Shown: positions 7,583 through 14,909 of the stretch, piece after piece
How positions within the stretch are numbered: the stretch's first letter is position 1
Layout of the letters: each line of letters starts with the position of its first letter
Origin: a virus
Virus record (IMG/VR): IMGVR_UViG_3300045454_000087
Direction: 5' to 3' (one strand)
Length of the DNA: 35,207 nt
Translations under genes and position numbers: made by a program
Notes under the pieces: model-generated
Told to the model about the DNA's origin: nothing
Database searches by the model: none
The model's input: only the letters and a program-made list of their open reading frames with translations

Positions 7583-9720
7583 CTAATAAGCCCTCCACTT
7601 ATCAGACTTGCGCCAACTCGCTGCCCTTCCTGATCGATATACGGTTTCATTTGACGTACCAGCTCGGCCATCGATCCTGTAAAGTGCACTTCGACTCTGA
7701 TTGGTTCGCGTTGTCCTAATTCTTCACGGATAAGTTGACGCAATAGCGCTTCGGGTGTTTCGATGTTGCGCCCGCTGCGCTGATCACCTAAAAGAGCAAG
7801 GAACTCCGAATTTGCAGGAATTACCGCCCCGGTAGCCAATCGAGGTATTTGCCTCGCCACAACAGAAGGCAGATTCAATCCCCAGGTTTGACCGCCAAAT
7901 TGAGGCACCCAAGACGGAATCTCGATCTTGAAACTATTCAGGGCATTGATAATGCCATTCAAAGCGCTGGCAATCCCTCTTAAAAGCGCATTCAGAAAAT
8001 CGATAATTCGATTGACATTTGACCTTGCCCATTCACGCACTGCAAATAATGCGGCATCCGTCGCCTTTGGTATCCAGTCAAATAACGTCTTGAATGCCTT
8101 TTCGATTGGATCAGTGACATTAGCTTTAAACCACGCGCCTGCTTTACCCCACTGTTCAACAATCCAAGACCAAACTTCACCCGCTTTTTCTTTGACATAA
8201 TCCCAATTTAAAATCAATAGGGCGATAATCGCAATCAGAACGCCAATAGCAAGCACCGCCAAAAAGATCGGTGATGTCAAAAAGGCCATTGCTGCGCCAA
8301 ATGCCATCGTAACTTTTGCAGCAATCAACGCACCCAATGACCATAAACCAGCGATGCCCGTCAGCAGCAGCCAGGCGGCAGCAAATGAACCCAAAATCAC
8401 AATGATATTGCGAAAAGCAATAGGATTTTCTCTAATCCACTGGCCTAATTCAACTAGCCGGTCATTTATCCATTTCAGCGCATTAATAAATGCGGTCGCG
8501 GTCCAGCCGCCAACAGGCACAAGAATATTCTGGTAAATCCATAATCCCACAGGTTTAATAAAGCGATCTAAAATGAAATATAAAGTCTTGAGATGTGGAT
8601 CAACAAATTCCCTCACTTTCTTCTTGAGCTCTTCGATGCGCTCCCTGAACTCATCCGGAATTAGATCCTCGGGTGGTTCAATGCCCAGTTCCCCTAACCC
8701 ACCCAAACCACCTAAACCACCTGGTACAGCGCCGCCACCACCGCCGGTGTCCTGCTGCAAGACATTCAAATCGTCAAATGCCGCCAGCGACCCCTTCGCA
8801 GCCTTGCCCGCTTTACCGGTTGCGCCTGCTAAGTTTTCTTGCGCATCTGCAGCGTTGTTAGTAGCATCTGCCACAGCCTCCATCCCGGCTACACTCGCAC
8901 CAACATTGACGCCAAACAGCAAGCTCATCACCCAGGCGACTCTTTGCGCAAACCAGGTCAAAGCGTCAACTGCCATTTTGATGTAAGGCATGATTCTGGA
9001 TACAATTGGAATAATAGAATTGCCTACAGCAACCCGAAAATTCTGGAAACTTGTGCCCAGCGCCGCAACCTGACCGGCATATCCACCTGACAACTTGGCG
9101 GCATCTCCAACTTGATATTTGCTCTCCTCTAAAATGCCATTTAATTCTGCCTGTATTTTCTGTTGCTGAGTCAACTTGTCAGCCGTCGTTCCGATGCTCC
9201 GTGCATACTCTTGCCACATCTTGGCAACATTCTTGGTAACGCCGGCATTATCGACTAAAATGCTATTTTCATTCTTCAAACCCTCACTTGCGCTGCGTAT
9301 GGCCTGACCCATCGTCATGGACGCCTGCCGGCCAAAAGCTGATGCATCCTTGAGCGCAATTAATGTTTTCTGAATTTGGGACGTATCATATCCACGTAAT
9401 GCCAGATTTTTATATGCGATAATAGCATCGGTTGCCGGCACCAGGCCATCAGCAATGTAATCATCAATGAACGCCTGGGCGCCCGAAAAACTCTGTCCAG
9501 TACCCTCCAACACACTCCGCAGCCCAACCATGGCTGAAGCCAGATTCGAGGCCGCACCGACAGCAGTTCTCCCGAAGTTGACAATTGCCGCTATACCAAA
9601 TGTAATACCAATGGCAGCCGCCATGTTCCCAAGCGCGGTTGTCATCCGCTGAATGCCGGCGTTGAAGCCCTTACTATCCAGGCTGGTATCTATTCGAATG
9701 CTGCCATCATAACCGGGCAT
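7579..9720 (-). CDS. Tape measure protein
   Basis: 713 aa and the longest tail gene. Ala/Gly-rich helical N-terminal half, a GGGGGAVPGGLGGLGGLG tract and hydrophobic helices. It lies downstream of the tail chaperone genes. Confidence 0.85.
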   Translation of the reverse strand: MPGYDGSIRIDTSLDSKGFNAGIQRMTTALGNMAAAIGITFGIAAIVNFGRTAVGAASNLASAMVGLRSVLEGTGQSFSGAQAFIDDYIADGLVPATDAIIAYKNLALRGYDTSQIQKTLIALKDASAFGRQASMTMGQAIRSASEGLKNENSILVDNAGVTKNVAKMWQEYARSIGTTADKLTQQQKIQAELNGILEESKYQVGDAAKLSGGYAGQVAALGTSFQNFRVAVGNSIIPIVSRIMPYIKMAVDALTWFAQRVAWVMSLLFGVNVGASVAGMEAVADATNNAADAQENLAGATGKAGKAAKGSLAAFDDLNVLQQDTGGGGGAVPGGLGGLGGLGELGIEPPEDLIPDEFRERIEELKKKVREFVDPHLKTLYFILDRFIKPVGLWIYQNILVPVGGWTATAFINALKWINDRLVELGQWIRENPIAFRNIIVILGSFAAAWLLLTGIAGLWSLGALIAAKVTMAFGAAMAFLTSPIFLAVLAIGVLIAIIALLILNWDYVKEKAGEVWSWIVEQWGKAGAWFKANVTDPIEKAFKTLFDWIPKATDAALFAVREWARSNVNRIIDFLNALLRGIASALNGIINALNSFKIEIPSWVPQFGGQTWGLNLPSVVARQIPRLATGAVIPANSEFLALLGDQRSGRNIETPEALLRQLIREELGQREPIRVEVHFTGSMAELVRQMKPYIDQEGQRVGASLISGGLIR

Positions 9721-9852
9721 TTACTTGCGCTCCCGGCAATACTGAGTATAGATGCCCTGGCTGACCAAAAGTTTCTTGAACCACTCCACCATCTCCGGAG
9801 TCATCTTTGCAATTTTCTTTTTTATTTCCGGTCGGGCAAGCAGCTCATTCAT
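9721..9852 (-). CDS. Small ORF (43 aa) between chaperone and tape measure
   Basis: ATG 9852 to TAA 9721 (MNELLARPEIKKKIAKMTPEMVEWFKKLLVSQGIYTQYCRERK). The stop abuts the TMP ATG. It was below the ORF-track length cutoff and has a weak RBS. Confidence 0.3.
   Translation of the reverse strand: MNELLARPEIKKKIAKMTPEMVEWFKKLLVSQGIYTQYCRERK
9739..9749. repeat. Iterated palindrome ATACTSAGTAT, perfect copy
   Basis: ATACTGAGTAT, with minus-strand flank TGCCGGGAG. It lies in the small ORF just upstream of the TMP start. Confidence 0.95.
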
Positions 9853-9862
9853 AATTCGAGGA

Positions 9863-10459
9863 TCAACTTTGGTTTGCACGATTTCTTTCTCCTTCTGTAA
9901 CCAGCCGTAAAAATTCTGCTTCTTGCTCTTTCTCTTCGAGTGATCGATTATCGATTTCCGGCACCTCGAATAAATCTCCCATTTCTCGAGCCGCCTGGCG
10001 TTCTTCTTTGGTGGCCTTTCCTGTTTTTACTCGCTTTCGCAGCGCAACCAGGTTACAAAACGTTGTATTTGCTCCTAGATCAGAGAACAAAGCCAAAAAT
10101 TGCCACCAATGCAAATACTCAGTATTGGGGAGGTCGAGCCCGTGGGTCTGCTGAAAAGCGGCCAGGATGAAATTGGCATCTTTGGCAAAACTGTATAATC
10201 GCGGTGATGAATTATCCTCTTCACCAGGTTGCCCGCCATTTAAAAATTTCAATCCCTGAATGAAGGCTTCCTGAGTATCTTTTGGCGGATCCGGATAAAG
10301 GTTATCAATCAAAATCATCTGCTTTTCGATTGCACTCAAAGCATTATCCTCAAATGCCAGTATGACCCGCAGGCAATCTCTGAAGTTCGTGTTGATCTTA
10401 ACTTCTTGACTGTGGATCATCACCGCAGTGGGCAGCTTTTCGAAAAGAATATTCACCAC
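9863..10459 (-). CDS. Tail assembly chaperone (Gp15-like)
   Basis: GTG start 3 nt after the previous stop. Positioned between the tail tube gene and TMP. The sequence style (MVNILFEKLP...INTNFRDCLRVILAFED) resembles the Gp15 family of Firmicutes siphophages. Confidence 0.55.
   Translation of the reverse strand: MVNILFEKLPTAVMIHSQEVKINTNFRDCLRVILAFEDNALSAIEKQMILIDNLYPDPPKDTQEAFIQGLKFLNGGQPGEEDNSSPRLYSFAKDANFILAAFQQTHGLDLPNTEYLHWWQFLALFSDLGANTTFCNLVALRKRVKTGKATKEERQAAREMGDLFEVPEIDNRSLEEKEQEAEFLRLVTEGERNRANQS
10115..10125. repeat. Iterated palindrome ATACTSAGTAT, perfect copy
   Basis: ATACTCAGTAT followed by TGGGGAGG. It lies in the Gp15-like chaperone (NTEYL). Confidence 0.95.
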
Positions 10460-10461
10460 AT

Positions 10462-10899
10462 TTATTTCATCACCTTTGAGCCAGGGCGCTTTCGCGTATA
10501 CTTCGCGATCATTGGCGAACGTGATTTCTGAATGATCGGTGTGATCCCTTCAAAAAACTGGCAAATTGCCTCTAAGCTAAGTACATCTCCAAATGCCTTT
10601 TGAGATGTTCCGGCGCCAAAGAGACTATCGATCATAGTGCGCATAGATTCACAAAGCTCACGTACAAACGTCAATCGTTCAGATAGGTTTTCTGGCAAAC
10701 CAAGTTCATTGAGGGATGAAACCTTATCAAGTTCCTTCGCTTTCCGCTGATACTCAGCATATTTCTGGTCAAACTCGTGAATCAGCATGTAAAATCGATC
10801 AGCAAATGCCACTTCGCTTGGGTTAAACTCGATCACTCGATTTGGATCATCATTGATGCAAACTTGTTTCTTTCCAACATCGATGCGAATGCTTTCCAT
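10462..10899 (-). CDS. Tail assembly chaperone
   Basis: ATG 10899 (MESIRIDVGKK) is more plausible than the TTG at 10917. It is the first gene after the tail tube. Confidence 0.5.
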   Translation of the reverse strand: MESIRIDVGKKQVCINDDPNRVIEFNPSEVAFADRFYMLIHEFDQKYAEYQRKAKELDKVSSLNELGLPENLSERLTFVRELCESMRTMIDSLFGAGTSQKAFGDVLSLEAICQFFEGITPIIQKSRSPMIAKYTRKRPGSKVMK

Positions 10900-10913
10900 A
10901 AAAAACAGCCTTT

Positions 10914-10945
10914 CCAAAAATACCCGTCAAAATTGAATTGACGGG
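10914..10945 (-). terminator. Intrinsic terminator/attenuator after major tail gene
   Basis: Minus strand: CCCGTCAA-TTCAATT-TTGACGGG (8-bp stem) followed by TATTTTTGG. Confidence 0.6.
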
Positions 10946-10953
10946 CTCGTAAG

Positions 10954-10964
10954 ATACTCAGTAT
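10954..10964. repeat. Iterated palindrome ATACTSAGTAT, perfect copy
   Basis: ATACTCAGTAT followed by GAGGGGTC. It is intergenic, between the tail tube gene and the terminator hairpin. Confidence 0.95.
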
Positions 10965-10999
10965 GAGGGGTCAATTCAAAGCTTATTAGAAGAGCAACA

Positions 11000-11482
11000 T
11001 TATGACCCAGTAAATGCCAGTGTAACCGGATTGAAGGTTCCAGTTACCGGATCACCCACGAAGTTAATCGTGTAGTTGATCTTCGCCGATGTGCCGCCAT
11101 CGCCGCCGAAGCTGTCGATCTGGATGGATACTGCCTGCTTTTCAGCAGGATAAGCGCCTGTCACTGGAGCTTCATACAACCATACATTTACAATCTCCGT
11201 CCTGGCTGCGGTCAGCACTGCGCGAGCCTGGCGCAAATTATCGATGTAATCAAATACCGCATCGCCAGCTTTGCAGGTTCCTTCGATGGGCATGGTCGGT
11301 TTGTAACTCTCAATCTCGGTAGACCCGCTATCCTGATGAATATAGACCTCTTCCAGCGTTTGCGGGTTGTAGTTGATCGTCCCGGTGGTAATGCCATCGC
11401 CAAGCAACGACCATACCGGAGTTGCAACAGTGCCGGTGTTCAAAAAGGTTTTGAAATTGCTGCGCTTTACTGTAGTTGCCAT
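11000..11482 (-). CDS. Major tail (tube) protein
   Basis: 160 aa, positioned between the head-tail joining genes and the chaperones. It is followed by a terminator hairpin. A GGAAC RBS-like sequence lies upstream. Confidence 0.65.
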   Translation of the reverse strand: MATTVKRSNFKTFLNTGTVATPVWSLLGDGITTGTINYNPQTLEEVYIHQDSGSTEIESYKPTMPIEGTCKAGDAVFDYIDNLRQARAVLTAARTEIVNVWLYEAPVTGAYPAEKQAVSIQIDSFGGDGGTSAKINYTINFVGDPVTGTFNPVTLAFTGS

Positions 11483-11491
11483 AGTTCCTCT

Positions 11492-11914
11492 TTATGGTTC
11501 TTGCATATAAGTTAACCGGGCTTGAATTTGGTAAATGCCGGTTTCTGAATTTCCTTGTTCAAACAAAAATGCCCAATTGAGCGCTTCGAGTGCAATCGCA
11601 GTCTTGCCTGCATCTAAAACTGGCAAATTGTCATTTTCAGTCTGCTGCTCAAACCAATCTGCTAAGGCCTCATAAAAACCACTGGTCTCTAATCGTTCCA
11701 GATCGTCGGCTGTAGATTCCATTGACTGGAAGGCAAAGCTGAACTCACGCAAGCTGCCGCCATTCAAATAACGCTCAACGATTCGTCCTCCGGCAATTGG
11801 GATAATAGCATACTGCGTCGGCTCGGAACCCAGATAATTCACCCAGACTGGAGCGCTCTCCGCTAGTTCTGTGTAGGTCCTTAGGTAGTTTCGCAGTGAC
11901 GCTATGATGCTCAT
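11492..11914 (-). CDS. Head-tail joining / tail completion protein
   Basis: Called from position in the connector cluster. Its start abuts the upstream stop. Confidence 0.45.
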   Translation of the reverse strand: MSIIASLRNYLRTYTELAESAPVWVNYLGSEPTQYAIIPIAGGRIVERYLNGGSLREFSFAFQSMESTADDLERLETSGFYEALADWFEQQTENDNLPVLDAGKTAIALEALNWAFLFEQGNSETGIYQIQARLTYMQEP

Positions 11915-12340
11915 CTAACCACCTCTTCCGGCAATCCTACGGGCGCCGGCAAGAATCCGTTGGCCGTGGACTTGCACCATACGGGCAAACCAAAACGGTC
12001 CGCGTTGTGGTCCTGTCTGGCTGCCGGGTTTGCGTTTAGCGTAGTACTGCGCCCTGGCGTATGGCGCTATCCAGGAAACTTCGCCACTGCCTATGTCCGT
12101 GCCCAATGTGCCCGATTTAACCAGCATGCCGGTCAGCAGAGGGGTAAAGGGTTCAGACAGACGCAAAACCTCACTATCAACGAATCGCTGGGCAGCGGAA
12201 TAACGGGCTTGCCACTTTGGTTGAAAATTTGTGTTCCAAACCAGTCGTGCCTTCCCGCCTTTGGTAGTGACTATTTTGCCGCGTGGCGTGTCAATAGTTG
12301 GACCTCGTTTCTTTGCCATCATGCGCATCCTATCTGCCAA
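11915..12340 (-). CDS. Head-tail joining protein (minor capsid protein 2-like)
   Basis: Basic N-terminus (MADRMRMMAKKRGPTIDTPRGK). Positional call. The start is uncertain (ATGs at 12340, 12328, 12322 and 12319). Confidence 0.45.
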   Translation of the reverse strand: MADRMRMMAKKRGPTIDTPRGKIVTTKGGKARLVWNTNFQPKWQARYSAAQRFVDSEVLRLSEPFTPLLTGMLVKSGTLGTDIGSGEVSWIAPYARAQYYAKRKPGSQTGPQRGPFWFARMVQVHGQRILAGARRIAGRGG

Positions 12341-12675
12341 TGCTGCAAATGTCGCCCGCCATAGTCCATGCGGTCCACGCTGCGAATGCTAACTACATCT
12401 GGGTATTTCTTCTTCAACGCGGTAATGGTAAATGCTGCGCTGATTTCATCGGTCACTAACCCCTTTACCAGGATATCACCAGATTTGAACGAAAATACAC
12501 CGCGCGTAAAGGGAATATAAATTGCAACGCTGTCTGCTTCGAGTAATCCTGACCGCTGCACATTGACCGCTTTCCGGTCTTCCCAGAATACATCCCGGAT
12601 TTGAGTTCGTGTCCACGCTTCAACGCCATTAATCACACTCTTGTTATAAAGCGTGCAATCACTGTTTGTTTTCAC
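12319..12675 (-). CDS. Head closure / head-tail joining protein
   Basis: Positional call, with a 4-nt overlap with the upstream gene. Confidence 0.45.
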   Translation of the reverse strand: MKTNSDCTLYNKSVINGVEAWTRTQIRDVFWEDRKAVNVQRSGLLEADSVAIYIPFTRGVFSFKSGDILVKGLVTDEISAAFTITALKKKYPDVVSIRSVDRMDYGGRHLQHWQIGCA

Positions 12676-13025
12676 AGCTCACCCCGGTACATCAAGCCAG
12701 TATTCCAGAGATACCGTTTTGCTGCATTCGCCAATCTCACTTCAGCAGGCACTTTAGATAAATATGTTATCGAGTAACTACCCACTCGTTCACTTTCAAC
12801 CGCGCCACCGGCTTCTTCCAGGCCTTGCATCTCCTCAGCTACCGCACATGCTGCCATCTTAATCTTGTTGATGATCAATTCATCAGTAACAGCGCCAGCC
12901 TGGTCAAATGTTACCTGGTCAATGACTTCAGAAGCGCGTAACGCTAATCGATCAAAATTGACAGCGGCTATGGCAGTCCCTTTAAACTGCTGAGTATAAA
13001 AACTGTAATCTACATAGACTGCCAT
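12672..13025 (-). CDS. Head-tail connector (gp6-like adaptor)
   Basis: MAVYVDYSFYTQQFKGTAI...LALRASEVIDQVT is typical of gp6-like DNA-packaging/adaptor proteins. It is the first gene after the capsid gene and has a GGAAGGA RBS. Confidence 0.55.
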   Translation of the reverse strand: MAVYVDYSFYTQQFKGTAIAAVNFDRLALRASEVIDQVTFDQAGAVTDELIINKIKMAACAVAEEMQGLEEAGGAVESERVGSYSITYLSKVPAEVRLANAAKRYLWNTGLMYRGEL

Positions 13026-13073
13026 AGCGCATGTCCTTCCCCATAGAGGTTGATCACCCCCTTTCGGGATAAC

Positions 13074-13967
13074 TTAGCTGGCCTTGATGTGTGAGTAAAT
13101 GCCCTTCACCTTGTTGTCATAGACAAAGGCATCATGGTACAGGCGATATTGCACCTTGTAAGCATCCGCGTCCTGATTCTCATCAGGCGTAAAGATTTTC
13201 AGTGCAGCCAGCTTGGTTGCTTGCAGCACAGCGCTGGGATGCAGCAACAGGAAGTTGATATCGCGTCCGGTTGTCGCCGTCTTAGTGTATCCACCGGCTG
13301 TACTGGTAGCGCCGGCATCCAAAGTGATACCTTTGTAGAATCGAGTCTGCGGAACCATAATGATAGGCGTATTGTCCAACGCCAGTACCCGGCGATCAAC
13401 ACTGGTCTCAGATGCCAGCGAACGTGTAACGGCTGCCTTGATAAAACTGTCCACGGTATCAGACACAAACAGCAGGCGCCCTTCTGCAGGAACTTCATTT
13501 GCGTTCAACACTGCATGCGCAGCATCAATAGCCGCCAGCACGGTACCGCTGGTCAACGTTGTCGGAGTACCGACCTCTGTGATGCCCGACCAGGTTGCAT
13601 ATCTTGAGAAGCGATAGGCATCCACTTCCGGCGCTACCTGGGTACGGATGAACTCGCCCGCCAGGGAACCAAAAGCCATCCCCAGCGTTTCGTCATCATC
13701 CATGCGGTCGATAGAAAATTCACGCCCACGGGATGCTCCGAGAGTCATCGTTTCCCAAACCCCGGTCACATCACCGACCGGATAACCGCCAGAGCGGGAA
13801 TAGTTACCCAGGCCAACAGTGGATATCTTAAAGACTCTGACCACCGCAGCCCCGGCAAAATCAACCGGTTTCGTCGGCGCATCCATGCGAGCCGTCAAGC
13901 TCTCACGTCTGTAGATTTCATCCAGAATCGGCTGAAATTTGGTTACAAGATCAATTGTATTTGCCAT
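13074..13967 (-). CDS. Major capsid protein
   Basis: 297 aa, directly downstream of the scaffold gene. Motifs GNYSRSGGYPVGDV...FSIDRMDDDET are typical of this capsid family. Confidence 0.75.
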   Translation of the reverse strand: MANTIDLVTKFQPILDEIYRRESLTARMDAPTKPVDFAGAAVVRVFKISTVGLGNYSRSGGYPVGDVTGVWETMTLGASRGREFSIDRMDDDETLGMAFGSLAGEFIRTQVAPEVDAYRFSRYATWSGITEVGTPTTLTSGTVLAAIDAAHAVLNANEVPAEGRLLFVSDTVDSFIKAAVTRSLASETSVDRRVLALDNTPIIMVPQTRFYKGITLDAGATSTAGGYTKTATTGRDINFLLLHPSAVLQATKLAALKIFTPDENQDADAYKVQYRLYHDAFVYDNKVKGIYSHIKAS

Positions 13968-13970
13968 GTG

Positions 13971-14528
13971 TTATTTCTCCTCGGTCGGCAATCCAGCCGC
14001 TTTCCGGGCAGCCAGAATTACCGGATCATTGATTACGGATTTATTGTTTCCCCCAATCACAATCTTGGGGGGGTTTTCGCCACTATCGAACAGGAAATCA
14101 TTCTCGGATTGGATTTTTTCGAGTTGGTCTTTCAGTCCGGAGATCGAGCCATCCTCAGCCAGTTTCAACAGCTCAGTATTGAGCAGAGCACGTACAGCCT
14201 TCACATTTTTGGCTTTCGCGCCGGTCAGAGCGCCGGTCAATGCATGTTCGAAATGGAGCTGCTCAAGCTGCTTTTTGGCATCGATCTGTACCTGCTCAAA
14301 TTTAGCTTTGTACTCGTCGGCGCTTTTCTTAACGCCTTCGATATCCATGCCCTTGAAGTTCTCGATCTGCTTATTGGCTTCTTCGAGCTGCTTTTTCAGC
14401 GTGTCGGCTTCGGTTTTTACTGCGGTCAGATCCGTTTTGTGCTTCTCGATATCTTTACCATGTTCAGCCATGATTTTATCGATCTGCTCAGCAGTTAAAC
14501 CCAACTTTTCCAAATCTTCCCTTTTCAT
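13971..14528 (-). CDS. Scaffolding protein (GP20-like)
   Basis: 185 aa, highly charged and helical (MKREDLEKLGLTAEQIDKIMAEHGKDIEKHK...). It lies immediately upstream of the capsid gene. Confidence 0.75.
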   Translation of the reverse strand: MKREDLEKLGLTAEQIDKIMAEHGKDIEKHKTDLTAVKTEADTLKKQLEEANKQIENFKGMDIEGVKKSADEYKAKFEQVQIDAKKQLEQLHFEHALTGALTGAKAKNVKAVRALLNTELLKLAEDGSISGLKDQLEKIQSENDFLFDSGENPPKIVIGGNNKSVINDPVILAARKAAGLPTEEK

Positions 14529-14713
14529 TTCCTATTCCTTTCGCTATCGCACTACGTTGCTTTTACGTGTCACGAACACATGGTGTTGGCTAGCGTACGT
14601 TCTAACCCAACGATTAAAAAAAGACCGCTCGATGTAATAGCAAACAAAAAATCATTTGCGACTACACCGAGCGGCCAACTTCGGTATCAGGCCGTAAGTA
14701 TTCAATTACACAC

Positions 14714-14741
14714 ATTATAACAATATCACTGCAAAATGCAA
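14714..14741 (-). promoter_or_regulatory. Near-consensus sigma70-type promoter for scaffold/capsid operon
   Basis: Minus strand: TTGCAT (14741-14736), a 16-nt spacer, then TGT-TATAAT (extended -10; TATAAT = 14719-14714). It leaves a leader of about 175 nt before ATG 14528. Confidence 0.55.
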
Positions 14742-14884
14742 GAAATTTAATGTGTTCGATTTTGATTAATTGCTTCTTGAAATGTAAATCGATCTGTGCT
14801 AAAATAAAAACGTCCTGAGGTGGGAAGGCACCCCCCACGCCCTTGAAAGAGGAGAGATGCTGACGTAGTGCCAGTGGACGGGAC

Positions 14885-14909
14885 AAAAGACCGGAAACGG
14901 TCTTTTTTT
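14885..14909. terminator. Bidirectional intrinsic terminator at the end of the MuF gene
   Basis: AAAAGACCG-GAAA-CGGTCTTTTTTT, a perfect hairpin with an A-run on one side and a T-run on the other. It overlaps stop codon 14908-14910. A second hairpin (GTGGG...CCCAC, followed by TTTTTATTTT on the minus strand) lies at about 14795-14850. Confidence 0.7.

Noticed and set aside
13939-14637. 232-aa and 176-aa plus-strand ORFs opposite the scaffold gene
   Set aside because: These are low-complexity Ser/Phe/Leu-rich translations in the codon-aligned antisense frame of a well-supported, highly charged gene. They are shadow ORFs.
14662-14886. 74-aa minus-strand ORF downstream of MuF, considered as an immunity gene for a MuF toxin domain
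   Set aside because: It spans the terminator hairpins and the predicted promoter, and has no RBS or convincing protein features.
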